Below the pieces are notes generated by a model. It was not told where the DNA came from and did no database searches. It was given only the letters and a program-made list of their open reading frames with translations. Of a DNA stretch of 64,000 bases, positions 51,098 to 60,051 are shown piece by piece; positions within the stretch are counted from its first letter, which is position 1, and each line of letters opens with the position of its first letter. The translations under genes and the position numbers were made by a program. Origin of the DNA: Pyrinomonadales bacterium (GTDB taxonomy: Bacteria; Acidobacteriota; Blastocatellia; Pyrinomonadales; Pyrinomonadaceae); NCBI GenBank assembly GCA_038237345.1, contig JBBRYU010000001.1, positions 375-64,374 on the forward strand. The letters are read 5' to 3'.

Positions 51098-52101
51098 GAT
51101 TGCGCCGCCGGTTAATCGCACGCTTATCCGGCCGCCTGCTCATCAAGCGTGCCGTGCAATCGGCGCTCTTAATCCTCACGCTCATCATCATCAACTTCCT
51201 GCTGATTCATCTCGCGCCGGGCGACCCTGTGCATATCCTCGCCGGTCAGAGCGGCGACGAAAAATACTACGAGTTCATCCGCGCGCAATTCGGTCTCGAC
51301 CGCCCGCTCGCAACGCAACTCTGGATTTATCTAGCGCGCGTGCTGCGCGGCGACTTCGGCTACTCGCTCGGCTACCAGCAGCCGGTCAGCGCCGTCATCC
51401 TCGCGCGTGTTCCAGCGACGCTCCTGTTAACGCTCAGCGCTGTATCTCTCTCGTCGGTCGGCGGTGTGGCGCTCGGCGTCGAGGCCGCGCGCAGAGAGAA
51501 TTCGCTGACAGATGGCGCGATCAACACCTTCGCGCTGGTGGGCTACTCCGTCCCTTCCTTCTCCATCGGCCATCTGCTGCTCATCGTCTTCGCGCTCCGC
51601 CTCGGTCTCTTCCCCGTGCAAAATATGTCTTCCGCGCAACAGGAGTTGACGGGCGCGGCTTACGGTCTCGACGTGCTCGCGCATCTCGTCTTGCCGGTCG
51701 TGTCGCTCGCCATCGTCTACCTCGCACAGATCATGCGCCTGACGCGCACGGCGATGCTGGGCGTGCTGGGCGAGAACTTCATCACCGCAGCCCGCGCTAA
51801 GGGCTTGCCGGAGCGCCGTGTGCTGTACGGGCACGCGTTGCGGAACGCGCTGTTGCCGATTGTCACGGTCGTCGGCCACGACTTCGGCATGCTGCTGAGC
51901 GGCGCGGTGTTGGTCGAGACGGTGTTCGCGTGGCCGGGTCTCGGCCGGCTAATGATCGATGCGCTCGCCATGCGTGATTACCCGGTCTTGCTGGGGCTGT
52001 TTCTCATGATCTCGATCAGCGTCGTCGTGTTGAATTTCATGATCGATCTGATCTATGCCGCGCTCGATCCGCGCATCAACTATGGACGAACAAGCAAATG
52101 A
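51094..52101 (+). CDS. ABC transporter permease (NikB/DppB type), second set
   Basis: LLIKRAVQSALLILTLIIINFLLIHLAPGDP. FITAARAKGL loop. Confidence 0.85.
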   Translation: MRLRRRLIARLSGRLLIKRAVQSALLILTLIIINFLLIHLAPGDPVHILAGQSGDEKYYEFIRAQFGLDRPLATQLWIYLARVLRGDFGYSLGYQQPVSAVILARVPATLLLTLSAVSLSSVGGVALGVEAARRENSLTDGAINTFALVGYSVPSFSIGHLLLIVFALRLGLFPVQNMSSAQQELTGAAYGLDVLAHLVLPVVSLAIVYLAQIMRLTRTAMLGVLGENFITAARAKGLPERRVLYGHALRNALLPIVTVVGHDFGMLLSGAVLVETVFAWPGLGRLMIDALAMRDYPVLLGLFLMISISVVVLNFMIDLIYAALDPRINYGRTSK

Positions 52102-52979
52102 GGCGCGAGACGATCAACTTACGCGCGCCGGAGAGTTGGGTCATCTGGCACAGCTTCAGGCGCAGCCGGACGGCAGTGGCCGGCGTTATCCTACTGCTGC
52201 TCTTTCTCTGTGCTGCCCTGTTTGCCGCGCAGATCGCGCCGCGCGATCCGCAGCAGACTTCGGCCGCAAGTCTCCGCCCGCCCTCCGCGCAGTTCCTGTG
52301 CGGCACGGACGATCTCGGCCGCGACGTGTTCAGTGGGGTCGTGCATGGCGCGCGTATATCAATCTCGATAGGCGTCACCGTGGCTCTGTTGAGCAGTTTG
52401 CTCGGCGTGTTGATTGGCGCGACGGCGGGCTATGCGGGTGGACTCGTTGACGATCTGTTGATGCGGCTCACGGAGCTTTTCATGATCCCGCCCAGATTCT
52501 TTCTGGCCCTCATCACCGCCGCGCTCTTCGGCTCGACCATGTTCACGCTGATCGCTGTGCTGAGCGTCACCTACTGGCCGCATACGGCGCGACTCGTGCG
52601 GGCGGAAGTCATGTCACTCAAGGAGCGAAGTTTTGTCGAAGCCGCCCGCGCCATGGGCGCGAGTCCCGCGCGCATACTATTTCACGACATCATGCCGAAT
52701 GCCTTGCCGCTCATCGTGACCAACGTCGTGCTAATGGTGGGCGGGGTAATACTTGTCGAAGCGGGGTTGGAATTTATCGGTCTCGGCGACAGCAGGTACA
52801 TCAGTTGGGGCTACATGCTGCACAACGGCGAGCACTTCATCCGCGATGCATGGTGGATCATCTTCTTCCCGGCGCTGGCCATCTCGCTGCTCGTCCTCGC
52901 GCTCAATGCCGTCGGCGACGCCCTCAACCGCGCGCTTGACCCTAAATCGCGGAGAGAAGGTCTCAGTAAAATTATCTGA
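52098..52979 (+). CDS. ABC transporter permease (NikC/DppC type), second set
   Basis: ATGA overlap with the upstream gene. FLCGTDDLGRDVFSGVVHGARISI. FVEAARAMGA loop. Confidence 0.85.
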   Translation: MRRETINLRAPESWVIWHSFRRSRTAVAGVILLLLFLCAALFAAQIAPRDPQQTSAASLRPPSAQFLCGTDDLGRDVFSGVVHGARISISIGVTVALLSSLLGVLIGATAGYAGGLVDDLLMRLTELFMIPPRFFLALITAALFGSTMFTLIAVLSVTYWPHTARLVRAEVMSLKERSFVEAARAMGASPARILFHDIMPNALPLIVTNVVLMVGGVILVEAGLEFIGLGDSRYISWGYMLHNGEHFIRDAWWIIFFPALAISLLVLALNAVGDALNRALDPKSRREGLSKII

Positions 52980-53047
52980 CGTTTGGCTTCTTCCAGCGCG
53001 TAATAATGCCTAATTCCACTTGCTTCACCAGCACTGGCTTTAGGCGC

Positions 53048-53079
53048 TTGACTCCGTACTTGGGTACAGGGTGTAAGCT
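53048..53079 (+). promoter_or_regulatory. mer-type operator/promoter with an overlong spacer
   Basis: gcTTGACTccgtacttgggtacagggtgTAAGCT: -35 TTGACT, a 19-20-nt spacer holding an imperfect dyad (ACTCCGTAC-TTGG-GTACAGGGT), and -10 TAAGCT. As I recall the Tn21/Tn501 merOP (GCTTGACTCCGTACATGAGTACGGAAGTAAGGT), the first 14 nt (GCTTGACTCCGTAC) are identical. The element ends about 10 nt before the merR-like ATG. Confidence 0.6.
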
Positions 53080-53088
53080 CTCACTGAG

Positions 53089-53502
53089 ATGAAGAACACG
53101 GCGGACAGCATAACCAGCAGCGAACTGGCGAAACGTAGCGCGGTGAATTTGGAAACCATTCGTTACTACGAACGGCAAGGGTTGCTGCCAAAGCCGCCGC
53201 GCTCGGCAGCAGGTTATCGGTTATTTTCGTTAGCCGAGGTGCGGCGCGTTCGTTTCATCAAGCGGGCACAGGAACTGGGCTTCTCGTTGAAAGAGATCAA
53301 AGAGTTGCTTGCCCTGCGCGTCACACCCGGCACGACCAGCGCGGACGTGCGCAAACGGGCAGAAGCCAAGATTGCCGACATCGAGGAGAAAGTACAGACC
53401 CTGCGGGCCATGCAGCAGGCTTTGACCCGATTGACCGCCACTTGCTGCGGCGACGGAGCGATCAGTGAATGTCCGATTCTTGAAAGTCTAAACGTAGAGT
53501 AA
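53089..53502 (+). CDS. MerR-family heavy-metal-responsive transcriptional regulator
   Basis: VNLETIRYYERQGLL, RVRFIKRAQELGFSLKEIKELL and a C-terminal CCGDGAISECPILESL. The position matching the third Hg ligand of MerR (the THC box) reads TTS. Confidence 0.85.
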   Translation: MKNTADSITSSELAKRSAVNLETIRYYERQGLLPKPPRSAAGYRLFSLAEVRRVRFIKRAQELGFSLKEIKELLALRVTPGTTSADVRKRAEAKIADIEEKVQTLRAMQQALTRLTATCCGDGAISECPILESLNVE

Positions 53503-53514
53503 GGAGAACATGTA

Positions 53515-53790
53515 ATGGCTACTAATCAGAAACGTAAAATCGAAGTCTTTAGTGCCGGCTGTGCGGCGTGCGAGGAGACCGTTAAACTGGTCAATCAGAT
53601 CGCCTGCGAGTCGTGCGAGGTGGAAGTCCTGGACATGCGCCGGGATGATGTGGCGGCGAGAGCCAAGCAGTACGGCATACGCACTGTCCCGGCCGTGGTC
53701 ATTGACGGGAAACTGGCCGATTGCTGCGCCGGTCGGGGCGCGGAGGAAGCTACGCTCAGAGCCGGCGGTCTGGGCGTGCGGCTGTCTTAG
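53515..53790 (+). CDS. small thioredoxin-fold protein (Thioredoxin_3-like)
   Basis: KIEVFSAGCAACEETVKLV (CxxC) ... YGIRTVPAVVIDGKL. Confidence 0.75.
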   Translation: MATNQKRKIEVFSAGCAACEETVKLVNQIACESCEVEVLDMRRDDVAARAKQYGIRTVPAVVIDGKLADCCAGRGAEEATLRAGGLGVRLS

Positions 53791-54504
53791 ATGAATCCGT
53801 TTGATTACATTGAGAGCGTGTCGGCTTCGGTCGCGCAGTACCCGTTCATCGCGCTGCTCGTCGCGGCCGTGGGTGGCGCGCTCTCGACCAGCACTTGACC
53901 CTGCACGTTCCCTGCGGGCGTAGGGGTCATCAGCTATGTCGGCGCGCAGGTTGAGGGCGCACCGGAGGAGCGACGGCGACGGCGGGGTATGCTGATCTCC
54001 TTCGCCTTCTTCTTCGGTGTTGTGCTCAGTCTGCTCGTGCTCGGCACGGCCGCCGCCTTGCTCGGTCGCTTGCTCGCACGCTGGAGCGCGGCCTTTGCCG
54101 TCGGGACAGCCGTGTTCTCGTTGGCAGCGGGATTGATCGCGATTTGCGGCCCGGCCGTGCGCCGCCGCTTCCCCGACCCGGAAGTCGGCAAACGCGGCGG
54201 CATCATCGGCGCGTTCCTGTACGGCCTCTGTTACAGCGTGGCCACCATCATCACGTCCGCCGGGCCTCTGTTGCTGTTGCTCACGGTTGCCGCCGCCATC
54301 GGCCGGCCGGCGTATGGCGCGGCACTCTCGCTCTCGTATGCTATCGGGCGCGGCGTGCCGTTTCTGCTGTTGGGCTTATTTGCCGGCGCGGTGGGCGCGG
54401 GGCTCGCGCGCATCGGGCGTGCGCGGCGTATCGCTGAGATTGTGAGCGGGGTCGCGCTCGTGGTACTGGCCATTTACTTCGCGCGCCTGGCGCAAATGCT
54501 ATGA
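53791..54504 (+). CDS. CcdA/DsbD-family membrane protein with an in-frame UGA at 53896-53898
   Basis: ATG 53791 directly abuts the upstream stop. Reads MNPFDYIESVSASVAQYPFIALLVAAVGGALSTST-UGA-PCTFPAGVGVISYV... and continues in frame (66 codons) into track ORF 53989-54504. The PCxxP box of TM1 is encoded upstream of the track ORF start. Confidence 0.7.
53909..53926 (+). other. candidate SECIS-like hairpin after the CcdA-like UGA
   Basis: UCCCUGC-GGGC-GUAGGGG: 7 bp including 2 G-U pairs, with an apical loop that starts GG and lies 20-23 nt after the U of UGA. Found by hand folding only. Confidence 0.4.
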
Positions 54505-54513
54505 CTGCCGGCG

Positions 54514-54897
54514 CTAACTTTTAACGCTCGCCTTATAACCCATATTCACGATGACCTGCACGAGCTTCTCTCGTGTAGTGCGCCCCGGATCATATTCGAC
54601 GACCGCTTCTTTACGCTCGTAACTCACGTCGACCGTGATTACACCTGCGGTGCGCTTTAACATGGCCTTGATGCCGGTGGCGCAACTGTCGCAATGCATC
54701 CCTTCTATCGCCAACAGCACGCGCTCGGACTGTGTCTCAGCCTTGGGCGCAGCCACAACTAAGGCGTGCGGTGCGCGCATCATCAACTCCGCAGCGCCGG
54801 CCATGACGAACGCGCTCACGGCGAGAGTGAGCATAGCGCGCCACGCGCCCGGCTTGATTGTGCGCTCAATACTTTTTCCCAGCTCTAACATTATCAA
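54514..54897 (-). CDS. heavy-metal-associated (HMA, MerP/CopZ-like) domain protein with an N-terminal hydrophobic segment
   Basis: VLLAIEGMHCDSCATGIKAMLKRTAGVITVDVSYERKEAVVEYD. Confidence 0.75.
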   Translation of the reverse strand: MIMLELGKSIERTIKPGAWRAMLTLAVSAFVMAGAAELMMRAPHALVVAAPKAETQSERVLLAIEGMHCDSCATGIKAMLKRTAGVITVDVSYERKEAVVEYDPGRTTREKLVQVIVNMGYKASVKS

Positions 54898-55048
54898 TAA
54901 CCTCTCAAGTCAGATGTTCTGCATTAACCATAGACCATGTAATTTACCGTGGCCACCAATAAAGCGAAAGCCCACGGCAAAAGGCCGGCAGCGCCATAAG
55001 TCGCATGTTGAATGTTCTTTCGCCATTATCAAATTTTTGGCGAACAGC

Positions 55049-56752
55049 TCAATGCATCCGCTTTCTTTTTTGCCAGAGGAGCACGCCCGTCCCAAGGGCA
55101 AGGAACATAACAAAGGCGAGTAGCAGATAGAGACTACGCCGCGGGAAAGAGTCTGACGCCGCGTGGCGACGGTGTTCGTCAGCCGCCCACCACGCGTCTT
55201 GCGCGAAGTAGACGTTGGCTTTCGCGCTCCACAGGTACATCCCCTGCAACCCGGACTTGTAAGCGGCACCGGAGTTCGGTTCGTACAGCCAGAAGTACGG
55301 CACGTCTTTGACGAGGATGTCCTGCGCCTCGAAGTAATAGGCAGTGCGCTTCTGTCTGTCCAACTCGGCGGCCGCGCGCGCGAACAGTTCGTCAACTCTT
55401 GGGTTGCGATAGCCCGCGCCGTTAGAAAAAGGGATCGGCCCGATGTTTGATGAGACGACCGTGCGCTTAACGCCGATGTCCGGATCGGGGCCGTTCTCGA
55501 AAGAGGCGAAACCCAGATCGAAATCCTTTTTGATATAGACGGCGTCAACCGCCGCGGCGAACTCCATCAGTTGCAGGTCAACCGCGATGCCCACCTCGCG
55601 CAACTGATCGCGGACAGCTTCGGCCACCTTCGCGTAAGAGGATGCGTGGACAAACCTCAGATGAAACCGTATCCCCTCAGCAGCGCGCTTGTAGCCGGCT
55701 TCGTCGAGCAGTTGGTTGGCACGGGCGACGTTATGCTCATACTTGGCCACGTTTGGGTTATACGCCCAACCGAGACTGTGTGACACCGGCCCGGTGGCGG
55801 CAACGCCCTGCCCAAACAAAACCTTTGCCACTAAGAAGTCCTTATCAAGCGCGTGCGCCATCGCTTGCCTGACGCGCAAGTCAGAGAGCGGCGCTCGTGT
55901 GAGGTTCGGAACGAGCGTCTCGACGGTGGCATAGCCTTCGCGGCCTTTGTCGGTGACGACGACACCGGGCGTGCTCTTCAGCCGCGCCAAGTCGAGCGGC
56001 GACGCGCCTAATAAATAATCCACCTCGCCGCGCTCAAACGCGATGGTGGCCAGCGCGCCGCTCGGCATGACCTTGTACACGATGCGATCCAGATACGGTT
56101 TGCCCTGTTTGAAATACCGTTCGTTGCGCACCAGCGTCAGGTGATCGCCCTTCAGCCACGCCTGAAACTTGAACGGCCCGCTGCCGACGGGATTCGTGTT
56201 ATGCGGGTTCGTGAGCGGATCGGTGTTTTCGTATAAGTGCTTCGGCAGCACGGGCGCGTTGGTTACGTCAACGAGTTGGAGAAAGGCGGCGTATGGTCGG
56301 TCGAACTCAAAGACGACGGTGTGCGAGTCGGGCGTGGTGATGCGGCGCAGATTGTCGCCTATCGAACTGCGTGTGCGCGAGTGGTACTTCAACAACAGTT
56401 GCTCGAACGTAAAGCGCACGTCTGCCGAGGTGACGGGCACGCCGTCGTGGAAAACTGCGGTGGGCGCGAGGTGGAAAGTGTACGCCCGCCCGTCGCGCGA
56501 GACCTCCCAGCGTTCGGCCAGGTCGGGCACAGGATTCAACTTGAAGTCGTGCGCCACTAGCCCACTGAAGATCGAGCCGCAGATGAGATGCACACCGCCC
56601 TGCGTCGTGATGGCGGGGTTAAGTCCGCCGGGGTCTGACGAGATGGCGACGACGACGCTGCCGCCGTAGCGAGACTCTTGCCCATGTGCTGAGACGAGTA
56701 AAAACGCATGAGTAAGTAGGAAAATGAAAATGATTCGCGCACTCTTGAACAT
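55049..56752 (-). CDS. ABC transporter substrate-binding protein, family 5, second set
   Basis: Start MFKSARIIFIFLLTHAFLLVSAHG (ATG 56752). GSGPFKFQAWLKGDHLTLVRNERYF. Confidence 0.85.
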   Translation of the reverse strand: MFKSARIIFIFLLTHAFLLVSAHGQESRYGGSVVVAISSDPGGLNPAITTQGGVHLICGSIFSGLVAHDFKLNPVPDLAERWEVSRDGRAYTFHLAPTAVFHDGVPVTSADVRFTFEQLLLKYHSRTRSSIGDNLRRITTPDSHTVVFEFDRPYAAFLQLVDVTNAPVLPKHLYENTDPLTNPHNTNPVGSGPFKFQAWLKGDHLTLVRNERYFKQGKPYLDRIVYKVMPSGALATIAFERGEVDYLLGASPLDLARLKSTPGVVVTDKGREGYATVETLVPNLTRAPLSDLRVRQAMAHALDKDFLVAKVLFGQGVAATGPVSHSLGWAYNPNVAKYEHNVARANQLLDEAGYKRAAEGIRFHLRFVHASSYAKVAEAVRDQLREVGIAVDLQLMEFAAAVDAVYIKKDFDLGFASFENGPDPDIGVKRTVVSSNIGPIPFSNGAGYRNPRVDELFARAAAELDRQKRTAYYFEAQDILVKDVPYFWLYEPNSGAAYKSGLQGMYLWSAKANVYFAQDAWWAADEHRRHAASDSFPRRSLYLLLAFVMFLALGTGVLLWQKRKRMH

Positions 56753-57096
56753 AAACACACCAATGAGCCATTTCTGCAATAGCAAGGTGGCTGCGTAGCA
56801 GAACGCGCAGGCTCACCAAGGCACGCAATTCCCCTATAGCTCCCTGCCTGCCGGCACAAAGCCGTGACCTCTGTGTAAGCTCGTGCAAAATTAACTTTAA
56901 CTATATCATCAACCGGCGGCTTGGGAATTCCGCTAAATTAAAGCATCCCAACAGATGCTAAACGCATCTATGCCTATCTGCTTGAGAAGGCAGAGGATAT
57001 ACTAACTTGTGCGACCTGATGCTGACCCGTACAATGGGCCTTGCACGGACTTTCACGCCGTGTGCCGCCCAGCGACGGCTCAAGCGATAGTGGAAG

Positions 57097-57151
57097 AGAG
57101 GCCGCCGCGCTTAAGTAGTTCGATGAAGCGCCGCCGGCCTCTGAGTTTTTT
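57097..57151 (+). terminator. terminator-like hairpin plus T6 run immediately upstream of the TPR gene start
   Basis: agaggccgccgcgctt ... aagcgccgccggcctct gag tttttt. The outer 8 bp and inner 6 bp pair around an internal loop. Confidence 0.45.
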
Positions 57152-57164
57152 CGACAGGTAGGTG

Positions 57165-58925
57165 ATGCACATTATGCTCAGACGCGCGTTTAGCTTAACT
57201 ATCATCGCTCTCGCCAGCTTGTGTTTCGTTGCGCCGCCGCAGGCCCGTGCGCAGACGGCGCGCGGCAATGATGTCGTGATCGTGTTGCCGTTTGAGAATC
57301 AGTCGAACCGGGCCGAGTTCAACTGGATCGGCGCGAGTTTCGCGGATGCGCTGACCGAGTTGTTGAACGTGCCCGGTCTCGCCGTCGTCTCGACCGACGA
57401 GCGCGAGTTGCTCTTCCAGCGACTACGGCTGCCGCTCTCGTCCGTGCCCTCGCGCGCGACCGCGATCAAGCTCGCGCAGGAGGCGAAGGCTACGCTCGTC
57501 GTGCTTGGCTCGTATGACGTGACCATGAAGCAGGATGCGAAAGCGCTGCCGGACATACGCGGTACGGTGCGCGTCGTGCGCGTCAACGAAGGCCGGCTCG
57601 CGGGCGATGTGATGTCCGACGGGCGTTGGGGTTGGCGGCCGTTCGACTTCGGCGACGCGCTAACCAATTTGCAACAGATGGAAGGCACGCTCGCCTATCA
57701 AGTGTTGTATCAGCGCGACAAGGCTCTGCCCTTTTCGCTGAACAAAATTTTGGAACAGGCGAAGAAAGTCCCGCCCCGTGCGCTCGAAAGTCTGGCGAAG
57801 GGCATCATGACCGAAGACCGCGAGAAGCGTTCCAACTATTTGCAGAACGCGCTCAAGGAGTACGAGAAGGTGAACGCGGGCGCGGTCTATCCGGCGGCCG
57901 CCTTCGAGTTGGGCAATCTCTACTATCGGCAGGAAGACTGGAAGAAGGCGGCGGAGTTCTACACGAAGCTACAAAGGAAAGACCCGCACTACGCCGAGGC
58001 GAGTTTCTACGCCGCGCTCGCTTACTGGCGCATGCACGATCTGCCGAACGCATTAGGCCTACTCGCGCCGCTCACGTCCGACGTGCCGCTCACGGGCATC
58101 TACAACAACGCGGGCGCGCTTTCGGCGCAGGCCGCCCGCGCCGAAAAAGCGCCGGCCGAGCGCGAGCGACTGTTGAAGGATGCGCTCACGTTTCTGGAAC
58201 GCGCACGCGACACCGCGCCCGATGATCCGGCCGTGCGCTACAACTATGCCTACGCGCTCTTCCTCGCCGGCAAGTTCGCTGAGGCGGCGGATCAACTCCG
58301 CGCCATGCTCACGCTGAAACCGCGCGACGGCGAGGCTCTGTTCGTCTTCGCCAAGTCACTTGAGCGCGCGGGCCAGACCGAGCCGGCCACGAATGCCGAT
58401 AACGAAGCACGGCGCTATCTCGCAAATTACGCGAAGGCGCAGACCGAATGGCAGAAGACGCAGACGCTCGCGGAAGTGCCGTTGCGTTTGAACGAGAAGT
58501 TTGATCGTCCCGATTACATCGCGGTGGTGATGCCGCCCGTCGGCAGCGACGCGCCGGCCGACACGACCGTGCAGGATTTGCTCGCCAAGGCCAAGGAGCT
58601 TTATCAAGCGGGCAACGACGACGATGCGCTGTCCCAACTCAACCGCACGCTGATGGTTGAACCGATGAACGCTGAAGCGCACCTGCTGATCGGGCGCATT
58701 TACCTGCGGCGCGGCGACCTCCAGCGCGCCGTCGCCACGCTGAAGACCGCCCTCTTCTGGTCTGAGCAGAAACTGATCGACGCGCACATCCTTTTGGGGC
58801 GCATCTTCCTTGAGAAGGGTGATCGCGCGCAGGCGTTGACGCACGCACGCGCCGCCATTCAACTCGACCCCAACAATCAAGAGGCCATCGCCTTGCAACG
58901 GCAGGTTGACATGAGCGCGAAATGA
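57165..58925 (+). CDS. TPR-repeat protein, secreted
   Basis: Signal-like LRRAFSLTIIALASLCFVAPPQARA. TPR units such as AHLLIGRIYLRRGDLQRAVATLKTALFW. Confidence 0.8.
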   Translation: MHIMLRRAFSLTIIALASLCFVAPPQARAQTARGNDVVIVLPFENQSNRAEFNWIGASFADALTELLNVPGLAVVSTDERELLFQRLRLPLSSVPSRATAIKLAQEAKATLVVLGSYDVTMKQDAKALPDIRGTVRVVRVNEGRLAGDVMSDGRWGWRPFDFGDALTNLQQMEGTLAYQVLYQRDKALPFSLNKILEQAKKVPPRALESLAKGIMTEDREKRSNYLQNALKEYEKVNAGAVYPAAAFELGNLYYRQEDWKKAAEFYTKLQRKDPHYAEASFYAALAYWRMHDLPNALGLLAPLTSDVPLTGIYNNAGALSAQAARAEKAPAERERLLKDALTFLERARDTAPDDPAVRYNYAYALFLAGKFAEAADQLRAMLTLKPRDGEALFVFAKSLERAGQTEPATNADNEARRYLANYAKAQTEWQKTQTLAEVPLRLNEKFDRPDYIAVVMPPVGSDAPADTTVQDLLAKAKELYQAGNDDDALSQLNRTLMVEPMNAEAHLLIGRIYLRRGDLQRAVATLKTALFWSEQKLIDAHILLGRIFLEKGDRAQALTHARAAIQLDPNNQEAIALQRQVDMSAK

Positions 58926-59006
58926 AAGATGCGGGAGGGTAGCTTGAGTGATCAAGCGGCCCTTAACTGTTGTCCTGCAACCTTCATCCCTCATCATTAT
59001 TTTGAT

Positions 59007-59294
59007 ATGCTCTCGCCCGCAGTGATTATCCCGCTCGCGCTCGTCGGCGCTGTATTACTCGGCGTGCTGGTGCTGGTGATAACGCTATCGCGACACAAGA
59101 AAGGCGCGACAGGCGAGCTTGATCTAACGGGTCGGGTTGGCTCAATCGTCGCGGCGCTGCGACCGGAGGGCGCGGTGCTGGTGGACGGCGAGTTGTGGCG
59201 TGCGTGCGCGGCGAACGGCGACGAGATCGCGCGCGGGCGCGTGCGCGTCGTCGGTGTGCGCGGGGTCGTGCTGGAAGTCGAAGCGGAAAGTTAA
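59007..59294 (+). CDS. NfeD-like membrane protein (C-terminal OB-fold)
   Basis: MLSPAVIIPLALVGAVLLGVLVLVITL, then GRVGSIVAALRPEGAVLVDGELWRA...GRVRVVGVRGVVLEVE. Confidence 0.7.
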   Translation: MLSPAVIIPLALVGAVLLGVLVLVITLSRHKKGATGELDLTGRVGSIVAALRPEGAVLVDGELWRACAANGDEIARGRVRVVGVRGVVLEVEAES

Positions 59295-59323
59295 GCGCGG
59301 GCTAAGCCGGGCAACATTCTCTC

Positions 59324-59545
59324 ATGCCCATGATGTCGCAGGACGAAGCGGACGATGTGCGCTATTCGGCGCTCGAAGAATTTCGGCGCGACGAGCGCCG
59401 ACCGGCGATTATCCTGCTGCTCATGCTGCTCATCGCGGCGGCCTTTTTCGCGTTCGGCATCATGGTCGGCCGCTGGACGGTCGCTGCCGATAAAGCACAT
59501 GCTGAAGGCATGCAACCCGCCGCCACGGTCGCACCGGCCAATTGA
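59324..59545 (+). CDS. hypothetical single-pass membrane protein (73 aa)
   Basis: ORF with the hydrophobic segment PAIILLLMLLIAAAFFAFGIMV. Weak support only. Confidence 0.4.
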   Translation: MPMMSQDEADDVRYSALEEFRRDERRPAIILLLMLLIAAAFFAFGIMVGRWTVAADKAHAEGMQPAATVAPAN

Positions 59546-59716
59546 TTCGCTCCTAATTTCCAGAAATCATCTTCCTGTGGCACGCAGAGTGCTTTAAGTG
59601 ACTGCGGCAAGCACGGAGGAAGTTAAACCGTGACCCCGCCGCCATCACTTCTCTGAGCGTGGCCTGCCGCTACGCCAGCCGCCCGCCGAGCGACCCTACT
59701 TAAATCACATCTTTCC

Positions 59717-59752
59717 AGAACCCGGTGACCTTCCGGGTTCTCCCGCTTTTTT
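59717..59752 (+). terminator. 9-bp hairpin followed, after 5 nt, by T6
   Basis: agaacccgg tgacctt ccgggttct cccgc tttttt. Confidence 0.4.
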
Positions 59753-60051
59753 GGGGCCCATTTATTCTTCGTCCGGCTTATGTGCACAACAAGTCAGGCA
59801 CATGATGAGTTCGTGCGCCTATTATGAAATCGCGCTGTCTGACTGACTAGAGCCGGTCAAGGTGACAATTATTGTCGCGCGGCGGGTGACATTTTTCCGC
59901 GCTTCTGCCTTAAATCGTCTAGCGCTCGACGCATTTTGGTGAGCGCCCACTGCTGCGCGAAAAATATTTTCCTGTAGCAAACGGCCGCACCGCGTCGCGT
60001 TTGTCCGCAGCGCGATGACGCACGCGCGCCGCCTCTGTTAAACTCCGCCCC

